A stretch of 64,000 bases of DNA from Octopus vulgaris (taxonomy: Eukaryota): positions 42,842,001-42,906,000 of the forward strand of contig OX597833.1 in NCBI GenBank assembly GCA_951406725.2, given 5' to 3'. The position numbers were made by a program, and so were the translations under genes. Below the pieces are notes generated by a model, which saw only the letters and a list, made by a program, of their open reading frames with translations, was not told the DNA's origin and did no database searches. Below, one piece after another: positions 39,703 to 53,263 of this stretch. How positions within the stretch are numbered: position 1 is the stretch's first letter; the number at the start of each line of letters is the position of its first letter.

Positions 39703-41660
39703 GATGAGCGAGAGGGTAGAACAGAAAAAAGAAAGAAAACGAAAAAGAAGACAAGAAGGTGGGAAGGAAGGAAAACAGGGACGGGGGGAAGAAAAAGAAG
39801 AAGAAGAAGAAGAAGTGGAGTGTGATTGACGATAGAAGAAAATAGATGGCGTTTGCAACGGGTTTTCTACACTGTGTCCTACTTTGCTTCACATACTTCT
39901 TTCAACGCCATTTCTTTCAGCAATCTCTTCTTTACCAAACGACTAACGAAACCCTTTCTATGTTATAGACAACGTATCATTTTACAGCGTGTAGGCAGCA
40001 GTAGCTATATATAGATCTACCACCGTTCCAGTAACCACACACACACCCTCTCTCTCTCTCTGTCTCTGTCTCTCTCTTTTAGACACACACCGCACACATA
40101 CACACAACTACCGTTAGCATCAAAACTGCCACTAGCATCACCAACGCCACCATCCTCATCACCGTTTCTTTGCATAAAATTCTATCTTTTCGAGGCAGCA
40201 ATGGCGCTTGTACGGAAGGCATTTAGCCCGCTAGAAATAGCAACAAAATCTTTCTTGCATGAAATATTGATTTCAAGTTTTGGCACAAGGCAAGCAAGTT
40301 CGGGAGAAGGATAGGTCGATTAGATCGATCCCAGTACTCAACTGCTATTTATTTTATCGTCCCTGAAAGGATGAAAGGCAAAGTCGATCTCAGCAGAATT
40401 TGAACTCAGAACGTAGAGACGGACGAAACGCTGGACGAAATACCTGACGTACTAACTATTCGGCTACCTTGTCGCCTTTCTTGCAAGAAATATAACGAGA
40501 CAAAACATATGATGATATAGTCTTAGACGAGCTATGTCTGAAGGTCATATCGATAAGTAATCTTACTTGTATTAGATTTGGGGAACAAAAAAAAAAGAGA
40601 AAAAAATCCCGAAAAAGACGTTTATTCGTGGAGTTCCCTTGACCATAGATAGATCTACTTGATCAGACGTTGGTATAAACAAAAAATTGTTCCACTATTG
40701 TCGTACACATCAACAATAACAACAGCAGCAGTAGCCGTTCAAGAATTTGGACCTGAAGATCTCCATTTCCTGCGACTTCGAGGGCCACCTCCCAGTGGTG
40801 TCGGGCGTCAACGAAGAGCCCTCAACGACAAGACGACCGAAGTTTATTTTCCAAGGTCTGGGGTGTCCCGACCCTAAGCCCTAGACCATCACCTAATCAC
40901 CCTTACCCGTCTTGTTGCTTAACAACAGCAACAACAGCAGCAGCAGCAGCAGCAGCAACAACAACAACATCAACATTTGTATGTTCTTTAGAAACCATGA
41001 CGAAAAGAGACTATGGAGAGAGGCCACTCTATGATCACTTACCTGGCATGTAAGGTCATATCGGTTAATGAAGTCCCACAGGCTATTCTTTTATAAAAAT
41101 AAAGGCATCCCTTGGATGGTGCTACTTTGGCGTGTGATCTACAACTTCAAGGGCGATTACTTTATGTTAGTTTTTAGTTTCTTCACGTTGAAAAACTCGC
41201 AGCTGCCAAACGTCTGTGATCTACACGCTTATTCTAATTACTATATTGCTTATTCTTGGTCTCTTATTTACTAAGACACAAATGCAACGTTTTTATTATT
41301 ATTAGAATTGCAAGAGTTAAAAATACACTAACAATACTAATTATGTACAAAAGAATTTATTGTAAAATGTATGTAGCCAACACGTTAAGTCTTTTTAGAA
41401 ACTGAAAAATAAACTAAAACGTAACCTAAAGTAATCGCCCTCTAACTTGTAGATAACACACCAAAGTAGCACCCATTGGATAATGCAGTCCCTGTTATAT
41501 TATGCATTAAAAGAAAACAGGGTGATCTTTGCAGAAATGTTTCATACGTCTGGTAGATCAGAGCTTATTTAGGCCCAAACAATAATATTCCTTCCACAAC
41601 CGTCACAAATATGCACTATATACAGCACACATATACTACGCATAGCAATCATACACTGCT

Positions 41661-41696
<36 letters not shown>

Positions 41697-42455
41697 GCAA
41701 CTATGGACAATACACATCACTCAGCACATAAACATCATACACATCACATATACACCTCACACTGTTGGCTTACAACACACACAGCACATACAGCACACAA
41801 CACACGCACTACTCATAGCATACTTATACTTCGAGGTACGTATACCCCACATGCAACACACAAACACACATGTACCACACATACATATATACACGCATGT
41901 TATACTCTTACCACCATCCTAGTAAATAATATAAATGAATCCTCCCTTGAACTTGATGATGAATGTCCCAGTGGGGACGTGTCGATGTATTGGTAGAATT
42001 ATTCTAGGGTCGAGGGAAGATGCCTTGCATATGTTCCAGCTTCTGTGTTCTGAGATGTTGAATGGATATCTTAATCCATTGTGCGATTTAACACTACCAC
42101 CAGGTCCTTGACTGAGCTTTAGTAGAGATTATTCTCTTTTAAGCATGCATGCGAAGTTTCTGGTTTGAAGATCAGTTCCATTTTTTTCCCTCATGAATCT
42201 CGGAGGCCCTAAAAAGAATAAAACTTCTAAGGCCTTTCTCTCTACCCTGAATAAATTGTCCCTTCCCCAAATCCAAAAAACTGCTTTGATCAACTGATCA
42301 CTGAATTCATCGAATAACAGAACACAGAGTATTTTCCCTTTAACTCTTATACCTTACGTGGCTGAGAATTTTCCAGACATTTGTCTTCTTTACGTAATCC
42401 TCAACTAAAATCAGCGTGATAGCGTGTGACGAATTTGGACCTTTCTGTTGTAATA

Positions 42456-42833
42456 ACAGGTGTTCATTAAAGATTTTCTCTGACCAACTTCCGGTTATTG
42501 CAGGAAACGGAACTTGTACAGGTATCGTTATATATGTCGCTATATGTCACATTGTAATTGCCGCTTCCCACTAGTATTCGTTTGACTTTTACTGCTGCTG
42601 AAGTGGACTAAGGTGTTATAATGGAAGTAATTGAAAGCAGATCTGTAAAGTCTTGGTTCCAGACACAACCTACCGACTTCTACTGACAAGGTCTTCACAG
42701 CTGCATAAAGCGATGGAAGAAGTGTGTCACCATTGGTGGTGGCTATGTAGAGAAGGACTAATAATTATGTCAGGTTTCGTTTATCACAGTTTTTGGGAAG
42801 TGGGTCAGGAGAAATTTTAATGAACATTTCTCG
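42456..42833 (+). mobile_element. Internally deleted mariner derivative
   Basis: Imperfect TIRs tgttcattaaagattttctctgaccaacttcc and ggaagtgggtcaggagaaattttaatgaaca; encodes WFQTQPTDFY*QG...KRWKKCVTIGGGYVEKD*. Confidence 0.8.
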
Positions 42834-43210
42834 TACACATGGAGTCCACTCGACAAAATCTCGCACAATTTCCTGCACACAGTTTCATTCATAAGACTCT
42901 GTCGAGTAAAGGCTATGGTAGAAGACACTTTCTTATGTGATAAACAGTGGGGTCGAACTCGACGAAGCGAATATCTTAACCATGTGCACACCAATCACAC
43001 ACATACACACAAACACGCATACACCACCGCCATCACAATCACCACATTATGGACCTCCATGTTTTGTAGAAGTCGTTGTAACAGTACTTTCTGTTTGGGG
43101 CATTTTGGTTGTTTGTTTCTTGACTATTTTCTTTGTTTCAGACTAACAAGAGGGAAGAGAGACCGTATATAGACATTTATAATAGTGGTATTGTTGTTGT
43201 CGTTGTATAG

Positions 43211-43550
43211 CAGTGATAGCAGTGTTTCTCAACCATTTTTTAACTATGGACTTCTTTGGTTACCATTTTATTCTGATAAACCTCCATAATTACTAGATGT
43301 TTAAAAACTAGATTTACAGATCCATCTTTCAAAATTCCTACTTTGTTTTTCACACATTCCCTTGTGTAGGCTGAACTATGTAAACCGTTAGAGAAAGAAA
43401 ACCAGCTGTTTCTTCCAATACATACATCTAAAACAAATATCTTTCACAAACCCGTAAAATATTATTGTGGACCCAGTTTACTATTTTGCTTGTGTGGACC
43501 CCCCAAATCGTATATGGAGGCGTCACATGGGCCCTGGTTGTGAATCATTG
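43211..43550. mobile_element. hAT (Charlie-like) MITE; related terminal fragment at ~34425-34525
   Basis: TIRs cagtgtttctcaacc and ggttgtgaatcattg; 8-bp TSD ttgtatag/ctgtatag. Confidence 0.7.
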
Positions 43551-44241
43551 CTGTATAGCGTCAGGTCAGCTCTTACTCGGAAGAGCTACGATTGAAAGGC
43601 ATTTCAAACTACTAGTTTTATTTAAAGACTGTGAAATTAGGAATACGTTACTCAATTTCTTGCAACCGTTTATAAAACGACAGAAAGGGATTGGTTCATT
43701 ACTTAAAAAATGCTTAACTATTACTCACATTAGAGGGTTGCTCATATCTGTAGGACGGTGTTACAACTACGCACACGCAAATTTCATTTGAACTCTCTCG
43801 AAGGAAGGTTATATTTTTAATTGGGAAAGACTCACCGACACAGTACGCACAGTCTGGGAGGAGACTATGCAAAGGTCATCTACACTCACGCGTTTGACTT
43901 ATTAATATATCTGTATATTCTTATTTTAGGAATTAATGAATTTATATGCTCCACTTCGTGTTGTGTAAGTTTTACTAATTCATATACATATGTACATATG
44001 TGTACTGTTCTGGAAAGTGTACTTGTATGACAGACACATGGTGGAATGTTTACAGGCCTGTGGCGTTTTATATGTAATACCATACTTAGACAGACATTAC
44101 CTGCTTTTGACTAGACTGAAGACCATATGTTTCTCGGAGGTGAGATAATGAGATGTGTCTTTTTATTTTTCAAGGTCATTAGCGGCATAAGGAAATTTGG
44201 ATGATTTTACACACGCACTCTCACGGAGACACAAGCACAAA

Positions 44242-44292
<51 letters not shown>

Positions 44293-44502
44293 TCTCTCTC
44301 TCTCTCTCACACACATCTCAGGAAGCTTCCTCTCATCTTTTTCCCGCACATCGAAAGTACAGACGGTTTGTGTTTACATACTTGTATAGTTTCATGATCA
44401 CAGTTAAACAGTTTCTAATATTTAAATTTATTTCGGTACCTTGGATACACGCTGTGTTGTACATAAAATACACTCGCACATACACACACTCGCACGTGCA
44501 CA

Positions 44503-44569
<67 letters not shown>

Positions 44570-45767
44570 ACAATCACACAAATCGTATTTGATCGCAGAA
44601 AGAGGCATTTTTCTACCAAAACTGTAGCTAAAAATGAAAGTTACCTCGGGTCCTATATGCGAAGTTGGACCGCCCGTAAGCTAATTTTGCCCCTGATACT
44701 CTTTTTTTACTGCTGAATTTGGGGTGCGCCTTGCATGCCCACGCGTTTTTTTATGTCTTCAGATATGGTATTCGCACGCACATATGAATGTTTATGTATG
44801 TATACGTTTGTTTTTATGTGCATGTATGTATATATGTATGTATCTATACAGGTATGAACGTACGTACGTACGTAAGTACATACGTATGTATGTATGTATG
44901 TATGTATGTATGTATGTATGTATGTATGTATGTATGTATGTATGTATGTATGTATGTATGTATGTATGTATGTATGTATGTATGTATGTATGTATGTGCC
45001 GTGCAGTACCTATTGAGAACAAGGTAAACTGAAACATTTGTGAGTTAGGTTTCGTAGTCATAAACAACATACAACTAATCACAAGATTTGAGCCACAAGA
45101 TTTGAGCCACAAGATTTTGCCTCATCCACAATCGTATCAAGGTTTGAATTTCTGAACGCAAAAACTGAAGGGTAAAATTTTAAACGCTTAGTGATTTATT
45201 GCTGCTTAGAAAGGAGAGAAACTGTCAAAGGTTTGGAAAGGTGAAGACCGATATTTTGCTTTCAAACTATAAGGAGGTTAAGTTGACAGAAACACTATAA
45301 TATGGGCCAAAATGCCTTATATGAATTTAGATGTGTCGCTTTTTCATACCGATTTTTCCTCTCCTTCCGATATTTATTTATTGTATTTGTAACACAACAC
45401 GTCCATAAGGGTTGTTATCTCAGAACGAATATCGCAGTATCTTGCCAGTCAACGATGTATAAACGGTGTATGTGTATTAAGTATGATATATAGATGGCTA
45501 TTTTGATTTAATGCTGTCTCTATAGCGGTTATCAAATTCTTATAAACCCTATTAGCAACATCAGTGAATGTTTAATTGCTCGTTTCCTATGAGGGGACGA
45601 ATTCTCACACTGTCATGTAGCTGGCTGCGAATACACGTCATTGAAAAGGGTTAAAAAACGAAATTCATCTGGCATGTTGATTGGCTGCTGCAGCGGCTAT
45701 TTTTAGTTTCCTTCCGATAGTCATTGTTTTTAACATAGCACTCCCGTTGAGATGTCTCAAGGAGAAT

Positions 45768-45980
45768 CTTTTCTACTCTAGGTACAAGGCCAGAGGTTTT
45801 GGGGGAGGGGTCCAGTCGATTAGATCGACCCCAGTACGCAACTGGTACTTAATTTATCGACCCCGAATGGATGAGAGGCAAAGTCGATCTCGGCAGAATT
45901 TGAACTCAGAACGTAGCGACAGACGAAATACCGCTAAACATTTCGCACGGCGTGCTAACGTTTCTGTCAGCTCACCGCCT
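45768..45980 (-). mobile_element. SINE family B
   Basis: Full head and core on the minus strand. Confidence 0.85.
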
Positions 45981-45989
45981 TATCGTAGC

Positions 45990-46490
45990 TCAGTAACAGT
46001 AATCTTTGAACAGTATTTTCACTTGGGGAAGAAAATGAAGTCCGTATGTGTTAAATCTGGTGAATAGACTGGATGTGGAATCGATATCATGTTGTTTTGG
46101 GCGAGAAACTTATGAGTGAGGAGAGCTTGGTGACAGGGTGGTTTGTCGCCATAAAGAATCCAATTCTCCGCGCTCTACAGATCCGGTCGCTTTCGACGAA
46201 TGTACTCCCCCCACAAAAAAAAACACGCTTCAGAACGTCGCAGTAGAACTCTTGATTGACGGTTTGGCACTGGTCGACGAATTTTCTATGCACAATGTTA
46301 CATTTCCGGGGGTGACGTTCGTGGCAGACCTTCCAGATCGCTCATCGTCTTTCGTGGTCGTTCTCCCGCTTTTGTAGCGGCCGTACCACTCGAAATATTG
46401 CATAGAACCCATCGCCGTAAGCTTGCCGAAGCATACTCAATATCTCTGTTGCAGACTTCCCAAGTTTAATGCAAAACTTCACGTTGTTTC
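45990..46490 (-). mobile_element. Deleted, decayed mariner transposase
   Basis: FEWYGRYKSGRTTTKDDERSGRS, QTVNQEFYCDVLKR and PHPVYSPDLTHTDF (YSPDLAP-like). Confidence 0.85.
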
Positions 46491-47151
46491 TAAATTGGTG
46501 CTGATTAGAGCTTTACTCTTTCCTTACAAGATTTTAGCTTTGAATTTTAAGTTCAAATCCCTCAATTTAGTCACAATATCATTGGTATCATTCATAAATT
46601 GGTGTCGATTGTGAAGACTTTGTTCCTTTTCCACAAGTCTATTGCGTTGAGATACGATATTTTGGTTCGTAATTTCTTTTTTGATGTTTTGAGTTTAAAT
46701 TCCACTGACGTCATATTTGTTTTTCATACATTGAAGGTCGGGCACTTGCAGAATGCTGAAGTCGATTTAATGGACCACACCGCCACCAGTCCCCACAAAA
46801 TGAGAAATCATGATTGTTATTATTATCAGTAAAGGCAGCAAGCTGGCAGAATCGTTAGCACGCCGGACAAAATACTTAGCGGCATTTCTTCAGGTTTTAC
46901 GTTCTCAGTTCAAATTCCGCCAAGCTCGACTTTGCTTCTAATCTTTCGGGGACAAAAAGGAATGCAAAAAAAAAACAAAAAAAAAAAAACGATGAATGCA
47001 TGTATGCATTCATATATGTTTTCATAGATATATATATATGTATATATCTGCACATATATACACACTTATATATATTTGTATATAAGTGTATGTGTGTATG
47101 TATGCGTATGTATACATTCACACACACCCATGTGTGTATATATATGTATGC

Positions 47152-47204
<53 letters not shown>

Positions 47205-47712
47205 TAGAGAGAGAGAGAGAGAGAGCGTGTGTGTGTGTGTGTGTTTGAAGCGGTGTAGATATTGAATATCGAGAAACAAAGGAGGCAGTCAAAAGTATGG
47301 ATAATTCTTTATTATTATCACTTTCGTTCGTTTGAACGAATTCTTCAAGATAAGAGTTAAAATCAAAATGGTAACGACAAACACAGAGCGTTTCCTTGTT
47401 TTGGTATGTGACGTTTTCGCTTTGTTTTTTTCTTTTTTTCTTTTATGGATGTTTTTTGCTTCGTCTAGAAGAGGGGAACATTTTTTTTGTTTTTGTGGAA
47501 AAAGGGAGGAAAAGCAAAGTGGGGGGGGGAAGATAGATAGATAGATAAAAAGAGAGAAAGAGAGAGAGACAGGGACAGAGAGAAAGAAAGAGTGACAGAG
47601 AGAGGTTTCTTTTCAATTACATTGTTTTGAAGATGAGAGGAAGAAGAAAAAAATCACGTTATTAACATTGGAATTACATTCAGAAATATCAGTAACAGTA
47701 TAATATAAATGT

Positions 47713-48020
47713 GGAGGCGCAATGGCCCAGTGGTTAGGGCAGTGAACTCGCGGTCGAGGGATCGAGATTTCGATTCCCAGACCGGGCGTTGTGTGTATTT
47801 ATTGAGCGAAAACACCTAAAAGCTCCACGAGGCTACGACAGGGGGTGGTGGTGACCCCTGTTGTACTCATTCGCCACAACTTTCTCTCACTCTCTCTTCC
47901 TGTTTCTTGAGTAACGCTGCGATGGACTGGCATCCCGTCCAGCTGGGGGGAACACATACGCCACAGAAACCGGGAAACCGGGCCCATGAGCCTAGCTAGG
48001 CTTGAAAAGGGCGGCGTTTT
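47713..48020 (+). mobile_element. SINE family C inserted in the left arm of the palindrome
   Basis: 14-bp TSD tataatataaatgt (47699-47712) and tatgatatagatgt (48021-48034). Confidence 0.9.
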
Positions 48021-48445
48021 TATGATATAGATGTTTCTTATTCATCCATCTTCATTAATATTAATAAAATAATCATAAAATGACCACGAAGAAGACCTCT
48101 TGATGGACATCAAAATCATCTGATATACGTTGGTCTCTTTCCAATCCTGCTGACAAAATGCTGTTCTACTGCTTCTCCTTCAAACATTTAATTTGGGTGA
48201 GAATTATTTTATAGTGTAACTCCATTGCTTTTCGGAACTCTGGGTCACGTCTTGTCCATCAAGAGAGCTTCTTCGTGGTCATTTTATTATGATTTTATTA
48301 ATAGTAATAATGATGGATAAAGAAGAAGCATTTATATTATACTGTTACTGATATTCCTGAACGTAGTTCCAATGTTAATAAAGTTATTTTTCCCCTTCTT
48401 CCTCTCTTGTCTCCAAAACAAACAATATAATTAAAAAGAAACCTC

Positions 48446-48534
<89 letters not shown>

Positions 48535-48717
48535 TTTTGTGTCTTTCTCTGTCTTTTCTCTCCTTTGCTTTTCCTCCCTTTCGGCAAAAAAAAAAAATAT
48601 TCTCCTCTTCTAAGCAAATCAAAAACCACCCATAAAAGAACATGTAAAAAGCAAAGTAAAAAACGTCACAAATCAAAGAAACGATCTATTTTTATCGTAA
48701 GCATTTTGACTTTAGTT

Positions 48718-48760
48718 CTTATCCGGAAGAGTTCGTTTAAACGAACGAAAGCGGTAATAA
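48718..48760 (+). ncRNA. Degenerate hammerhead motif (mirror copy at 47311-47354, minus strand)
   Basis: cttatc CGGAAGA gttcgtttaaacgaac GAAA gcgg TA ataa; the mirror copy has TTGAAGA, implying ancestral CTGAAGA. Confidence 0.5.
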
Positions 48761-48879
48761 TAAAGAATTACCCAAAATTTTGTCTGCCTCCTTTTTTTCT
48801 CACTGTTTAGAAATGCATAAAGAAAGAATTTTATACGTCTTGTTTAATAATAATTGTAGTTAGTTTTAAAATTAAAGCA

Positions 48880-49910
48880 CATTTTCAGCAATTTTAGGGC
48901 TGCTGTGGGTTAGTCGACTAAATCGACTCCAGTATCCCTGCTTGACTGGCACATTACTTTTGCGACTCTAAAGGATGAGTGATAAGTTGACGTCGGGGGA
49001 ATTTGGACTTACGGATAAGCTAACAATTTTGCCAATCCATGTTTAATAATAACAATAATGATGGCTTCAATATTAGTACAAGGTCATCATTTTCAGGCGA
49101 AAGTGTAAGTCGATTACATTGACCCCCAGTGTTCAAATGGGAGTTATGTTATCGACCTCGTAAGGGTGAAAGGCAAAGTCAACATAGGCGGAATTTGAAC
49201 TCAGAACGTAAAGACGGATGTATGTTGCTATGTATTTCGCCCGACCTGCTAATGATTCTGCCAGGACACCACCTTAATAATCTTTTCTACTAAAGGCTTA
49301 AAATTTGATGGGAGGAGGCTAGTCCATTACAACGACCACAGTGTTTCGCTGGAACGTATCTTATCGACCTTGTAAGCATGAAAGCAATGTCGACCTCGGC
49401 GGAGTTTGAACTCAGCTCGTTATGACGGACCAAATGCTGCTAAGTATTTCGCCCAGTATGCTAACGATTCTGCCAGCTCGCCACCTTAATAATAATAATA
49501 AACAGGGGGATTGTCTTCCTTTGCATAGAATCGGAGGAAATGTCACAATGCTGATTTTCTAGTGATTTTTACAACTCCACCATTCATTGTTTCTTGCATG
49601 TAAAAAGAATATGAAAAATAGTCGATTTTTACCTAAACATTTGACTGATTCGTATGTTATTGGCACTGGAGGAACGAAAAGCAATGTTGATCTCGGCGGA
49701 ATATGAACCCAGAACATAAAGATTCAAAATGAATACTGCAAAACAATTTTTCTAATGCTCTAGCGATTTTGTGAAACTATCGCTTTACATTTGTTTGTCA
49801 AAATAATTGCTAACAGATACGCAGTCATATATATTAATAGGCGAGGGACCGGGTAAACCAAGAACCTGAAGAAATACCACAAGGCATTTTGTCAAACGCT
49901 TTAACGATTC
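48880..49910 (-). mobile_element. Cluster of decayed family B SINEs, all on the minus strand
   Basis: Repeated atcgacc...aaggcaaagtc...ggcggaatttgaactcag motifs. Confidence 0.75.
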
Positions 49911-50965
49911 TACTACTAATAATAATAAATAAAATAAAATTTTGAATTAGAAGCAGTTTTAATAATGTAAACATTTTCGATGTCACTTACTTAATGGTTT
50001 GTTTAAATGCTTACTAGCTGCAGAATTTTCTCCAGGGAACCTTCCTTTAAGCCGTCGAGTGTTAAAAGAGAAAGACACTGAATGCCTCAAAACTAGACGA
50101 AGCGGAATAAAATAAAAACAAATTTTCCAGAAACACTCTATTTTCAAAGTATAGAATGGGTGAATGTGAAAGTTCAGTCATTGCTATAACATTTGAGCTT
50201 CCAAATAAGGCGTATTTTGGTCTATAATCCAATCGACACAAAACTTCCATTTTTACTAATCTTTAAACGAAAAGCGCCACCCAAATAAGTTATCACATTC
50301 GGTGTTCTTGTTTACGGATGGTCGAAGATTATGTAAAACTGTAGCCAGACAAAGAATAGGTTGTCTATTTAAAAACATTACTAGCTTCAGCCCAATTACA
50401 AGTCTACAAGACAAAAGTGACAGAGAAAAACAAAACAAATGAAAAAAAACCCCTAAAAACTTAAGCTATCATCATCACAGTTACCATTACGCGTCGTTTC
50501 AGTTAACAAGAGAAGCCATTCAAAAGTTTCAGGCGAGAATAGTGTAACAAGTAAGTGATTACTAGGAATTTAAGAAAGGAACAGAACGGACTGAAGTGGC
50601 ATAATAATGTTACACAGATTTATCACTGAGTGAAGATACTATGGACTATTGCGTGAATAGAAATATTAGACGAAGTATGAAAAGTGTGGAATCAGTAATT
50701 CAATTTTTGGCACCGAAGATGGTCTCTATGAAGATAGGCGATAACCCAGAAACATCTAGTGGCAAAGGTGGTGATGTACGTGAAAGTGATAATTGATGTC
50801 CGCGTTGACAGATGCTATATTTAATAGACGGTAAACTAAACGCTGAATCTTTTGGGATCTGCGTCTCTCTCGAGATACATTTTTAGTTTTAAGAATTAGT
50901 GTGGTCAATAAAAGATCTACAAATCTTAAAGTTGAAGAAGTTCAGCTTTTTATTAACTCTCCCCT

Positions 50966-51012
<47 letters not shown>

Positions 51013-51029
51013 TATACCTATACATACGT

Positions 51030-51258
51030 ATTTATTTATTACCCACAAGGAGCTAAACATAGAAGGGACAAACTAGGACAGACATAGGTATTAAGTCAAT
51101 AACATCGACCCCAGTGCGTAACTGGTACTTAATTTATCGACCCCCGAAAGGATGAAAGGCAAAGTCGACCTTGGCGGAATTTGAACTCACACCGTAACGA
51201 CAGACGAAATACGGCTGCGCATTTCGCCCGACGTGCTAATGTCTCTGCCAGCTCGCCG
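51030..51258 (-). mobile_element. SINE family B
   Basis: Full head and core. Confidence 0.85.
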
Positions 51259-51516
51259 GAATATAATAGGGTCATGGTTGTATCCCTGATCGCTACAGTA
51301 TATAGTGGAGATTAGTTGGGTAAATAGGTTGTAGGACCTTCTGAAACGCCTGCATCTTTGTGTTCTTTACACAATTATTCTGTTTTCGTTTCTTCTCATT
51401 TCTCCCTTTCTACATACTGATGTAGATCCTACTGCCGAATAGTAAAGGCCTAGGGAGAGAAATAAATATAAATAAATAACTTTCTATTTTATGCTCGCCT
51501 TCGTGCTGTGATCTAT

Positions 51517-51597
<81 letters not shown>

Positions 51598-51611
51598 CGT
51601 CTCGTTCTCTT

Positions 51612-51695
<84 letters not shown>

Positions 51696-51832
51696 CATAT
51701 ATGTATGTATCATGCATGTATGTATGCATGTATGTATGTATGTATGTATGCATGTATGTATGTACACATGTATGTATGTATGTATGTATATATGTATGTA
51801 TGTATGTATATATATACACATACATACATACA

Positions 51833-51907
<75 letters not shown>

Positions 51908-53263
51908 GATCATAGATTTAAATCGCTTGATCATATACTCAAAGGTGGTTGTAGTCGATTATACTCAACATTTGATTCGTATATCTTTTATTGCCCACAC
52001 TATGACATGAAAAGAGCAACACTGGCAGATCAAGAACTCTGAACAGAAATGGACGGGATTAAAATATATTGTACGTGGTTCGACACTCCAACGTTTCTAC
52101 GAATTCATCATTAGAAAAGATGTTATGTTAACGATGTCTTGTGTCTTTTTAGCAAAAGGCTACAAGCATTTGTTTCGTATATTTATTTTTACAGGAAGAA
52201 AAGAAAAGTCAGCTGAATTCACTGAACAATATGATGGTATTACATTTGTTGCACAATACTCCATTGGCTTGGAATACAAAATGGATTCCAGTGGGATTTG
52301 AACCTAGAACGTAAATAAAAGTAACTTGATACTTCCATGTATGTCGTTTTCGCTTATCAAATGTGCCTGCTACTTGACTTTTTTTCTTTTACATGTCATA
52401 AATAATTTCTAATATAAGCATAAGGCCATTAATTTACTGATGAGTGTGTATGGGAAATGCAAGCGGTGGAATGGGTCTCAGGTATATTGTTACTATATAT
52501 TTCATCCCACATACCCCTTTAGATGCGCGCTGAGAGACACAGTCAACCCCCAGTAGAATTCGAAAAATAAAAGAAGTAATAAGAAACCACAAGGTATTTG
52601 CTTCTGTTTTCTACAATCTCTATACTATGCTGTGCCACAGAATGTATGTATAAAGTTCAGTCAACACCATGTATAGATGGAAGATGTAAATGCATTGTTC
52701 TTTATATCCTTTATCTTCATGAACAGATAAACAATTATCAGACAATAAATCCATTATTAAGAACTTAAGCAAATTGGGTAAACTAGTTTTGTATATATAT
52801 ATAACTAATTCTTTGTAGCACTGTATAAAACAAAACAACATGAATAAATTAGTGGTGTTAACGCACTAGTAATTTATTCATAGAATTAGCCACCAAGAAT
52901 GTGTTATGTATTGAAAGCACCGAATTAAAGGCATTACAGTATTTAGTTCCATCCTTCAACGTACTGAGTTCAAAATTTCACTACGCTTCACCGCTACCTT
53001 ATATCTGCATAGCACTAATTCTGAAATAGTATGCCACGATGCACTAATGCCTTGTATGGGATATCTCGATGCACCGCAAAATCTTTTAGAAATGTAACTT
53101 AACTCTTAAGAAAATCCATATTAATACTTAGATATCTTGAAAATACTGATATTTGCTATACTGAAATCTGATTCATAAAACCAGAAAGGCAATATTTTTC
53201 TTTTTTTCTTCTTTTTAAACTTTTAATTAGAAAATATTCTTTTTTTAAGTTTCCATCCTAAGT

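Larger units (their letters stand above)
47278..48794. repeat. Old ~1.5-kb palindromic element with decayed hammerheads near both outer ends
   Basis: 47278-48109 (minus the SINE) aligns with the reverse complement of 48253-48794. Confidence 0.8.

Noticed and set aside
40659-40877. ORF containing an RQRR furin-like site
   Set aside because: Non-ATG start, no signal peptide and no clear exon boundaries.
41920-42200. CR1/L2-like remnant on the minus strand (VKDLVVVL)
   Set aside because: Only a single weak motif.
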